From Candidatus Micrarchaeota archaeon (GTDB lineage Archaea; Micrarchaeota; Micrarchaeia; Norongarragalinales; SBBD01): a stretch of DNA of 26,346 bases. Shown here in pieces: positions 8,603-16,113 of the stretch (position 1 is the first letter of the stretch; each line of letters starts with the position of its first letter). Under the pieces are notes generated by a model. The model saw only the letters and a list, made by a program, of their open reading frames with translations, searched no databases and was not told the origin of the DNA. Location of the stretch: assembly GCA_043813365.1 (NCBI GenBank), contig JBDRLB010000059.1:1-26346 (forward strand), in the 5' to 3' direction. The position numbers were made by a program, and so were the translations under genes.

Positions 8603-9118
8603 TTACTGCAACGCGCATTTCCTCTCACGGTTCTTCTTCTCCAAATATGCAAACACTCCCGTGTGCTGCGCACCTTCAAGAAGCCGCAAAACAGCTTCCT
8701 TTGCTAGCTGCAGGTCGTCGTATTCGCCAAGCACTGCAATCTTATTGCCGGAAACTGCAATGAACGCTCCGCTCAACTCCTGGATTATCCTTTTCGACCT
8801 GCCTTCGGAGCCGATCACGCGCCCCTTGTATCTTTCGATCGCTTTCGGGTTGGAAAGCACAATTTCCATGTCGATTATTTCGAGGAAATAGTTATCCCCA
8901 AAAAGCTTATAAGCCTGCTGCGGCAAGAACCCGAAATCCAGCGCCTTCAGCACCTGCGATGCTATCCAGACCGTTCCGCCCTCGCCTTCCAGCTCGAGGT
9001 TGCCCTCCTTGGTTTGCTTGATTTCCACGCTCCCCTTCTGCTGCACGTGCTTCATTATCTTGTCATTATCCTTGTGCAGGAGGTTCAATGTTTTGCCGGA
9101 AACTGAGAGCAATTCCAT
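8603..9118 (-). CDS. KH-domain rRNA-processing protein (Dim2/Pno1/Krr1 family)
   Basis: ALDFGF.P..A..L, KGRVIGSEGRS, G..HTGVFAYL; conserved position upstream of top6B. Confidence 0.9.
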   Translation of the reverse strand: MELLSVSGKTLNLLHKDNDKIMKHVQQKGSVEIKQTKEGNLELEGEGGTVWIASQVLKALDFGFLPQQAYKLFGDNYFLEIIDMEIVLSNPKAIERYKGRVIGSEGRSKRIIQELSGAFIAVSGNKIAVLGEYDDLQLAKEAVLRLLEGAQHTGVFAYLEKKNRERKCALQ

Positions 9119-9255
9119 AAGAATCACGAATGCCTTATGCTAGTGCTGGAGTTAATTTTTCCTCGTATAATTTGAGGGAAAACAGCTTTAAAAGGGCATC
9201 TCTGCCCTCGTGTTTTGGTTTAAATTTTTATCTGTTGCTCAATTAATCGGTAGAA

Positions 9256-10086
9256 ATGTGGGGGAAAATCAGGACGCTGCTTTACGGATTCAGCCAGGTG
9301 ATGCTGCAGAAAAACTGGCTCACGGGCTTGTTGTTTCTGCTAGGAATTGCGGTTAATTCTATCCCTCTGGCAGTAGGCGCCCTTGCAGGCTCATTCGTCG
9401 GGAACCTCACCGCCATTCTTATGAAATGCCCGAAGAAGGAATTTGAAGAGGGGCTGTACGGCTATAATGCAGTCCTTGTAGGAATTGCGGTTTTCCTGTT
9501 TTATGGGATCACCCCATTGAGCATCATTTTTTTGATAATTGGGGCTGTGTTATCAACAATAATCCTGCACATCCACCCGAAACAAAGTTTGCCCGCGTAT
9601 ACGGCGCCGTTTGTCCTCGCAACTTGGTGCATCGAGGCAATTGGAGTCGCATTTGGGGTCCGGCAGGTAGCAGGTTCGGGTGTGCTTGCCCAGACCGACA
9701 TCCTTGCTGCAATTTCAAACGGCTTCGGGCAGGTGATGTTCCAGCAGAACCCAACAACTGGGGCGCTGTTCTTCATCGGAGTGCTGATTTCGAGTCTGTT
9801 GGCGGGAATATTTTCACTTTTAGCATCCGCAGTTGGGGTAATTGCCCCTCTGGTGCTCAATTCGGATTCTAACCGCACCTACGCCGGAATATTCGCCTAC
9901 AATGCGGTGCTTTGCGGGATCGCATTTGCCGGCCACAAATTGGGAAACATCGTCAAGGCGGCGACTGCGGTTGTTCTTTCGATAAGTTTGGTTGCGGCAA
10001 TGATCCAGTTCGGCATTCCAGCACTGACTGCGCCCTTCGTGATTGCGTGCTGGATAGTGATCTTGCTAAGGAATTTATTCAAGTGA
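9256..10086 (+). CDS. Urea transporter (UT/Yut family)
   Basis: Internal duplication GFSQVMLQ..GLYGYNAVL..TAPFV / GFGQVMFQ..GIFAYNAVL..TAPFV. Confidence 0.92.
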   Translation: MWGKIRTLLYGFSQVMLQKNWLTGLLFLLGIAVNSIPLAVGALAGSFVGNLTAILMKCPKKEFEEGLYGYNAVLVGIAVFLFYGITPLSIIFLIIGAVLSTIILHIHPKQSLPAYTAPFVLATWCIEAIGVAFGVRQVAGSGVLAQTDILAAISNGFGQVMFQQNPTTGALFFIGVLISSLLAGIFSLLASAVGVIAPLVLNSDSNRTYAGIFAYNAVLCGIAFAGHKLGNIVKAATAVVLSISLVAAMIQFGIPALTAPFVIACWIVILLRNLFK

Positions 10087-10426
10087 GCGCAAGGCTCGCT
10101 TTGATGGCGTCGTCCACCTTGCGCATTTTTTCAGGCTGCAGCCTTCCGATTTTCCTAATAATTCGGCTCTCAATGGAAATCGTCCTGATTTGATTGCATA
10201 AAATTGTTCCAGCATCCTTCAAGCCGGCTGAATTTTCCTCCAGAAACACAGTCGTAGGGTATTCACGGTCAGGAATTTTCGATGTGATGGGCACGATTAT
10301 TGTGGTGTTGCTGTATTTGTTAGCGGTGTCGTTTTGCACAATGAGGCATGGCCGCGTCTTTCCCTGCTCGGACCCCCGCACCGGCTCCAGGTTTGCCAAA
10401 ACAACATCTCCCCGCAAAATGTTCAC
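10079..10426 (-). CDS. mazF: MazF/PemK-family endoribonuclease toxin
   Basis: RGDVVLANLEPVRGSEQGKTRPCLIVQND..VPITS..QIRTIS..R; GTG start at 10426 just after the antitoxin stop. Confidence 0.95.
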   Translation of the reverse strand: MNILRGDVVLANLEPVRGSEQGKTRPCLIVQNDTANKYSNTTIIVPITSKIPDREYPTTVFLEENSAGLKDAGTILCNQIRTISIESRIIRKIGRLQPEKMRKVDDAIKASLALT

Positions 10427-10427
10427 G

Positions 10428-10691
10428 TTAGAACCCCTTTTCGTCAGCATCAGTTGCTTCCCATTCTGCGTTTACTTCTGCATTCAGGCGGGCGTATTTC
10501 AGGCTGAATTCCTTAATCAACTCTGCTTGGCGCTTCACCCCGCTTTCCTTCTCAATGACTATTCTCTTCCTTTCCATCTTCATCAACAGCCTGTCCCTCG
10601 ACTTGATTCCACCAAGCTCCCTGATTATCTTCGGAATTGTCACCTGCCCCCGTTCACCGACAATGCAAATGCCGCCATACATATCCGCCAC
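10428..10691 (-). CDS. AbrB/MazE-family antitoxin
   Basis: VGERGQVTIPK.IR..GI..D swapped-hairpin motif directly upstream of the toxin; alternative ATG at 10682. Confidence 0.9.
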   Translation of the reverse strand: MADMYGGICIVGERGQVTIPKIIRELGGIKSRDRLLMKMERKRIVIEKESGVKRQAELIKEFSLKYARLNAEVNAEWEATDADEKGF

Positions 10692-10700
10692 CCATTAATT

Positions 10701-10746
10701 TTATCCTACTTTTTGCATACTTATTCCTACTAAATACATATTTAAG
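10701..10746 (-). promoter_or_regulatory. TA promoter with phased direct repeats (putative operator)
   Basis: TCCTACT (10704), GCATACT (10715), TCCTACT (10725), next to a TATA-like element at ~10738-10746. Confidence 0.5.
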
Positions 10747-10831
10747 CATTTCGGAGGGGGTGGTTTCGAGTGCCCCAATATGGAAAACAGCCATTCTGAT
10801 TTAAATCCTAGCTTATTCCTTTTTTACATCT

Positions 10832-12091
10832 ATGTTCCAATTCCAGCCGGAAGAATTCATTGTTGAGGAGATCACCGAAGCAGGGGACGTTCTGGAGCTG
10901 GATAAGCCGTTCCAGAAGCCGGATGAGGAGCTGAGGGATAGGAACCACTATTTCAGCAGGTTCGTGCTGCAGAAGAGGATGTGGACGAGCAACAATGCCA
11001 TAAGGCAGGTTGCTGAAAGGCTGCACATCAATGCGAAGAGGATAAATTTTGCGGGAAACAAGGACCGGAATGCATTCACCACGCAGATGTGCTCCGCTTT
11101 TGCTGTTGAACCGGTTAGAATCCGCAGCCTCAACATCAAGGACATCAAAATCCTCGGCACGTGGCTCTCAAATGAGAAGGCGAAGATGGGCGGCTTGGCC
11201 GGCAACAGGTTCACCATAACATTGACGGGGAAAAACATCGGGGAGAAGGAGTTCAAGGGATTGAGCGCCAAGAAGATCATTGCGAAGATGGAAAAGGGCG
11301 ATTTCACAATCGCCAATTATTTCGGGGAACAGAGGTTCGGGAGTGCGAGGAGGAACACTGCAGAGGTGGGGAAGCTCCTTCTGCAGGGGAAGTTCAAGGA
11401 GGCCGTCCTGAATTATTTGTGCTTCACGGATGAGAACGAGAGGGATGAGGGCGCGCGTGCGTCGAGGAAGCGGCTTGCGAAGGAGATGGATTTCCGCGAA
11501 GCGCTGCACTATTATCCGCATTTCCTGAAAACCGAGAAATTGATGCTCTCGCATCTCGTTCATTCGCCGAATGATTTCCTCGGAGCGTTCCGCAGGCTGC
11601 ATCGCTCCTTGCAACTGCTTTTCATCCACGCCTACCAGAGCGAATTGTTCAATAAGATTTTAGCAGAAAGGGAAAAGAAGAAAAAATTGGGGAAAGCGGC
11701 TGTTGGCGGCCATTATTGCAGAATGAACGCGGTTGGCTTTCCGGATGATGAGAATCCGCTGGAAATAAAGGATAAGAAGGAAGCGAAGGCCGTTGAAAAG
11801 CTGATTGGAAAGGGGGAGGCGGTTTTGCTCGGCAACCTTATTGGCTATTCCTCGAAAATCACGAAGGAGGAGGAAAGTCTGCTCAAAAAGGAGAAAATGA
11901 AAAAAGAGGTATTCCTTTTGAAGAGCATGCCGGAATTGGGCTCGAAAGGAACGCTACGGCCGCTGTTTGTTTTCCTTAAAGGGTTTGAGGCGACGGGAGA
12001 GGGGAAGGCTGTGGACAGGAAAATCCGGCTGCGTTTCTCATTGCCTTCCGGAAGCTATGCGACTGTTGCGTTGAAAGAGATTATAAATTAA
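10832..12091 (+). CDS. truD: tRNA pseudouridine(13) synthase TruD
   Basis: F.VEE, AGNKDRNA.T.Q, GNRF.I, NYFGEQRFG, HAYQS.LFN, F.LPSGSYAT. Confidence 0.97.
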   Translation: MFQFQPEEFIVEEITEAGDVLELDKPFQKPDEELRDRNHYFSRFVLQKRMWTSNNAIRQVAERLHINAKRINFAGNKDRNAFTTQMCSAFAVEPVRIRSLNIKDIKILGTWLSNEKAKMGGLAGNRFTITLTGKNIGEKEFKGLSAKKIIAKMEKGDFTIANYFGEQRFGSARRNTAEVGKLLLQGKFKEAVLNYLCFTDENERDEGARASRKRLAKEMDFREALHYYPHFLKTEKLMLSHLVHSPNDFLGAFRRLHRSLQLLFIHAYQSELFNKILAEREKKKKLGKAAVGGHYCRMNAVGFPDDENPLEIKDKKEAKAVEKLIGKGEAVLLGNLIGYSSKITKEEESLLKKEKMKKEVFLLKSMPELGSKGTLRPLFVFLKGFEATGEGKAVDRKIRLRFSLPSGSYATVALKEIIN

Positions 12092-12120
12092 GCCGGGGAT
12101 AATTTGGGAGTTGATAATGC

Positions 12121-12780
12121 ATGTTGGAGCATAATTTCTGGCACAAGCTCAAAAGGGGCCCGCAGATCATTACGGTGAAGGATGCGGCGATGATAGCAGG
12201 GATGACGGGTTTGCAGAGCGGCGACCATGTGATCGATGCCGGGGCAGGAAGCGGTTATTTGGCGGTTTATTTGGGAAGTGTGGTAGCTCCAAACGGAAGG
12301 GTTGCCACTTACGAAAATAGGGGGGAGTTTGCGGATTTGGCGAAGAAAAATATTGCAAGGGCGGGATTGGACAAGATTGTCGAATTGAAGGAAAAAAACG
12401 CATTCGAGGGGTTCGATGAGAAGGATGTTGATTTAGTTACGCTTGACATGGCGGAAAGCGAGAAGGTGCTGAAGCATGCGAAAGCAGCGGTTAAGCACAA
12501 TGGATGGATCGTGGGCTACATCCCGAATGTGGAGCAGGTGAGCAAATTCGTGATGGAGGCGGAAAGCCTGAAGCTGAAGGTGGAAAGGGTTACCGAGTTT
12601 TACCTGAGGGATTGGAAGATCAGGCCGTATGGGAGCAGGCCTGAAAATCAGGCGATGGTGTTCACAGCATTCCTGGTGTTCTTGAGGAAAATAACGGAGT
12701 CTGATTTTGACAGGGAGAGGGAAGAAAATACGAAGGAAAATAGGCGCGACAGGAGGATAAGGCACAAATTAAGGGCATAA
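12121..12780 (+). CDS. trmI: tRNA (adenine57/58-N1)-methyltransferase TrmI
   Basis: KRGPQII..KD, DAGAGSG, LD, Y.P..EQV, R.W, RP, (F)TAFL. Confidence 0.9.
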   Translation: MLEHNFWHKLKRGPQIITVKDAAMIAGMTGLQSGDHVIDAGAGSGYLAVYLGSVVAPNGRVATYENRGEFADLAKKNIARAGLDKIVELKEKNAFEGFDEKDVDLVTLDMAESEKVLKHAKAAVKHNGWIVGYIPNVEQVSKFVMEAESLKLKVERVTEFYLRDWKIRPYGSRPENQAMVFTAFLVFLRKITESDFDREREENTKENRRDRRIRHKLRA

Positions 12781-12830
12781 AAGGAAGGGATACGTCGATT
12801 TGGGGGAAAAGAAGACCGACTAATTTTGAA

Positions 12831-13367
12831 TTAATTCTTGATGTTCTTGTCGTCATCATCGTCGTAGCCGGTGGTGCCGCGCTTCAGCTTTGAGCGGAGC
12901 TTGCCGAAATCAAGCGATACGACCTCGCTTTCTGGGACTTTTGGTTCGTCTCTTGGCTGTTCGGGCATTGAAGTCGGTGCTTCGGCAGTTTTTTCAGGCA
13001 CGGGCTCCAAAGCGGTTTTTGAAGGCACCTCAACAGGAGGAACAAGTATTTCGTTGTGCTCTGCCGCATCTGCAGGATGCTCGGGTTCGCTGATTTTCGG
13101 CGTTTCAACTTCCGGAACATCAATCGGAGGCGCATCCGCCTTCTTCTTCAGGTCGGAAAAGTCCGGCGAGCCCATTGCGCTCTTTATGTTCGTTATGTCA
13201 TTCTTGCTTTTATTTTCCTTGAAGACCATTCCATAAGTATAGATGAAAATGCCTACTCCGATCAGGGCGAAAAAGAGGGTAAGCATCCAGCTCAGGCTTT
13301 CCTTGTTGAAGTATGAGACAGCTGACAATACCAGCAGGAGAAGGAAAACCGCAACTATCTTCCACAT
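12831..13367 (-). CDS. Hypothetical membrane protein, two N-terminal TM helices and Pro/Glu-rich disordered tail
   Basis: Hydrophobic N-terminus, low-complexity linker, acidic C-terminus. Confidence 0.75.
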   Translation of the reverse strand: MWKIVAVFLLLLVLSAVSYFNKESLSWMLTLFFALIGVGIFIYTYGMVFKENKSKNDITNIKSAMGSPDFSDLKKKADAPPIDVPEVETPKISEPEHPADAAEHNEILVPPVEVPSKTALEPVPEKTAEAPTSMPEQPRDEPKVPESEVVSLDFGKLRSKLKRGTTGYDDDDDKNIKN

Positions 13368-13404
13368 ATCTACCGCAGCAATTAGATTCGGGTGCTTAAA
13401 AAAC

Positions 13405-14016
13405 TTACTCTAAGAGGTATTTTGCCGCCTCTCCCAAGTTGCTTACGCGGATTATGCGGATTCCCCTTGAAAGCTCGGGTTCGTCCTTAATCTGCTGCTT
13501 GCTGGAAACTAAAAATACGCCCCGGCCGGTTTCCATTGCAGCGATAATTTTCTCCTCTATGCCGCCTACATCCGCGAGTTCGCCTTTTTCATTGAGAGTG
13601 GCGCTAATGGCTACATTCTTCCTGAAGGTTTTCCCGGTTTGGAGGGCGATGATCCCTACCGCGAACATGCCGCCTGCTGATTCGCCGGATATTTTCCGGT
13701 TGTCGCCCCCGCCGTTCACCTGCAGCACCAAATCCAGCCTGCCCGTTTGAACCCCCATATGCTCATTGGCAAAAAAACGCGCCTTCCGCAGCGCATTCTC
13801 AACATCATCGCTGAAATCCGCATTCCCGATATTGACAAGGGTGCGGCCCTCCCCCTTCAAATAGAACATCTCGAACTCAACCATGCTGCCCTTGCCATCC
13901 TCGTTGAGGGCGGGCGCAAAAAAAACCACGTGCCGGAAGGATGGGATGGAATAATACCCCAATGAAAAGGCGATGGTTGCGGCTAGGAAAAAAACCACGC
14001 CGGATGCAAATCTCAT
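13405..14016 (-). CDS. Membrane-anchored/secreted S16 (Lon proteolytic domain) serine protease
   Basis: N-terminal hydrophobic segment; ISGESAG catalytic Ser and VGGIEEK catalytic Lys; no AAA+ domain. Confidence 0.85.
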   Translation of the reverse strand: MRFASGVVFFLAATIAFSLGYYSIPSFRHVVFFAPALNEDGKGSMVEFEMFYLKGEGRTLVNIGNADFSDDVENALRKARFFANEHMGVQTGRLDLVLQVNGGGDNRKISGESAGGMFAVGIIALQTGKTFRKNVAISATLNEKGELADVGGIEEKIIAAMETGRGVFLVSSKQQIKDEPELSRGIRIIRVSNLGEAAKYLLE

Positions 14017-14046
14017 GGAAACCAGTACGCAGAATAAAATAAAAAA

Positions 14047-14257
14047 TGCCTAGGGGGGGATGTGCTCCCGCCCTGCACCGTTTTTCTTTGGCGCGGTGCC
14101 ATCGCACCTTTCTTTTTTAAAGAAAGGGGCAAGGCGAGTTGAACCCTCGACTTCTAGATGCCACGAGTGCCTTGTTTTAGATCATCGCCATGATGGCTCA
14201 GAACTCGTAAGGAACTCCTTATGAGTCTAGCACTCTACCAAGCTGAGTTACCTAGGC
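14047..14257 (-). tRNA. tRNA-Met(CAU), elongator type, with two introns (about 14160-14219 and 14062-14138)
   Basis: Spliced: GCCTAGG TA ACTC AGCTTGGTA GAGT G CTAGA CTCATAA TCTAG AAGTC GAGGG TTCAAAT CCCCC CCTAGGC A; upstream TTTTATAT box (14285-14292), downstream T-tract, no encoded CCA. Confidence 0.92.
14160..14219 (-). ncRNA. tRNA-Met anticodon-loop intron (60 nt) with C/D-box-like guide
   Basis: CCTTACGAGTT-CTGA-GCCATCATGGC-GATGA; guide complementary to the anticodon loop. Confidence 0.65.
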
Positions 14258-14358
14258 AAAGGTAATTTTAGTGGGAAACAACCAATATAAAATGGGTGGG
14301 AGGGGCCGGTGGGGCATAATTGCTACATGTTTTTAAACGGGAAAATCGTACCGGTAGC

Positions 14359-15432
14359 ATGGACTGGCTGCTTTCACTTGCATACATGCTGCAGAAGGAC
14401 TATTACCCCATTTTAGTAGTGCTGAGCTTCGTGGCGCTCGCATTCTCCAAGCACCGGAAGACGTTCATGGTTGCATTGGTGGTAGTGCTTTTGCTTACTC
14501 CGACCCTAAAAACCTTTTACCAGGAGGAAAGGCCCGATTCGACAGTTGTTGCAGGAGGATGCGCGGACTCCCGGTTCCCGTCGGATGAGTTCGGCTTCCC
14601 GTCGGGGCATGCGGTGACTTCAATTTTGCTGGCAGCGGCCACCCTGGGGTCATTTGCATTCTTCTTCTTCCTGCCAGTTTCGGTGTTTATCGGATTCTCC
14701 CGCGTTTACCTCGGCTGCCATAGCATCAACCAGGTGATTGCGGGCATATCCCTCGGTTTCCTCATATATTTCATTTTGCAGCGTTTCAATATAGAAGGCA
14801 GGAGGAAGGTCATCAACCTCAAGGATAAATTGAAGAGCACCGAATCTACTGAAATAGGCAGGCAGTTGATACACATCATCGCGGGGTTCGGTTTCATCTG
14901 GCTGCTTTACTGGCTTTCATCTTCTCCGGGAATCGATGCATTTGGTGTTTCACAGGTGGAAATGATCCTGCTAGCTGTCCTGATGTGGGGGCTGATCATA
15001 ATCAATATGAAGATGCTCGGGATGAATATCGGCCCGCTTGAAAGCGTGCTTAAGAAATACGACCGGAAGAACGAGCTGTTCCCGGGAAGGGGGCCGCTTT
15101 TATATCTCGTGGGAGTGCTGCTGATCATTTCATTCTCGAAGGATTATGCGTTCATACCGGGTGCGCTCGCAATTTTCGCTGCTGGCGACGGCTTTTCCAC
15201 CTTGATAGGCAGGAAATACGGAAGGAACACGCTTCCTTGGAACAAGTACAAAACCTGGGAGGGGATGGTGGCGTTCTTCGTGACCGCCTCCATAGCATCC
15301 TACTTCTTCATCGGCACAATAGGCCTCGTTTATTCCGCCTTCCTTGCAGTTGTTGAAACGCTCGATTTCCATGTAGACGACAACCTGCTGATACCGATGT
15401 TCGCGATGGCAATCCATATTTTCCTGGGATGA
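14359..15432 (+). CDS. Fusion of PAP2 lipid phosphatase and dolichol/phytol kinase (SEC59/CTP_transf_1-like)
   Basis: PAP2 motifs KTFYQEERP, PSGH, SRVYLGCH; kinase motifs E.GRQLIH, GDG, KTWEG, DDN. Confidence 0.88.
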   Translation: MDWLLSLAYMLQKDYYPILVVLSFVALAFSKHRKTFMVALVVVLLLTPTLKTFYQEERPDSTVVAGGCADSRFPSDEFGFPSGHAVTSILLAAATLGSFAFFFFLPVSVFIGFSRVYLGCHSINQVIAGISLGFLIYFILQRFNIEGRRKVINLKDKLKSTESTEIGRQLIHIIAGFGFIWLLYWLSSSPGIDAFGVSQVEMILLAVLMWGLIIINMKMLGMNIGPLESVLKKYDRKNELFPGRGPLLYLVGVLLIISFSKDYAFIPGALAIFAAGDGFSTLIGRKYGRNTLPWNKYKTWEGMVAFFVTASIASYFFIGTIGLVYSAFLAVVETLDFHVDDNLLIPMFAMAIHIFLG

Positions 15433-15436
15433 TCAC

Positions 15437-16069
15437 ATGAAGGGAAAAATCATTGTGCTTGAGGGAACCGATGCGGTCGGGAAGAGGACGCAGGCCGGAT
15501 TGCTTGCGGAATCCCTTCGCAGGAAGGGCAGGAAGGTGAAAATCATAAACTTCCCCACGTATGAGAGCACATTCGGCAGGCTGATAAAGGAATACCTGCA
15601 CGGGAACATGGGTTTTGCGCTGCCGCTGGAAATGGTCGCGACCCTTTACGCATTGGATAGGTACCAGTACAAGGATTCGCTCTTTTCCGCGTTGAAATCG
15701 GGAGAAATACTGGTAATGAACAGATACGTCCAGAGCAACCTTTACCAGGCGGCCAAAATTCCCGGCAGGAAAGAGAGGGATAAATTCATCGAGTGGATGC
15801 ATGGCATGGAGTCCCGGCTACCGGCAGCTGACGTTGTTGTATTCCTGAATTTGCCGATTTCCATCTCGGAAAAATTGCTGCTCAGGAGGGGCGATCGGAT
15901 AGATGTGAACGAGAAGGATCGTGATTACCAGGAGAGGGTCCGGAAAATCTACCTTTCGCAGGCGAAAAAGCACCATTGGATGGTTGTGGAATGCGCCAAG
16001 GGAGGCAGAATAAGGAATAAGGACGAGATTGCGTCGGAAATATTGCAAAAAATTCAAAGCAGGATTTAA
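15437..16069 (+). CDS. tmk: Thymidylate kinase
   Basis: IVLEGTDAVGKRTQ P-loop, LYALDR, NRY..SN..YQ. Confidence 0.93.
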   Translation: MKGKIIVLEGTDAVGKRTQAGLLAESLRRKGRKVKIINFPTYESTFGRLIKEYLHGNMGFALPLEMVATLYALDRYQYKDSLFSALKSGEILVMNRYVQSNLYQAAKIPGRKERDKFIEWMHGMESRLPAADVVVFLNLPISISEKLLLRRGDRIDVNEKDRDYQERVRKIYLSQAKKHHWMVVECAKGGRIRNKDEIASEILQKIQSRI

Positions 16070-16113
16070 AGGCGTTAATATTTTCGTTAATCGGGGGGAA
16101 TTTTTCGCTGGAA

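Noticed and set aside
5575..8891. Long plus-strand ORFs opposite top6A/top6B (and similar ones opposite truD, MFS, eno, nre)
   Set aside because: Antisense shadow ORFs of well-supported genes, with no motifs
14047..14257. Reading as tRNA-Ile2, initiator Met, split tRNA or att-site duplication
   Set aside because: GCC-starting acceptor plus anticodon intron fits elongator Met; all pieces are colinear with BHB junctions and no tRNA 3' end is duplicated
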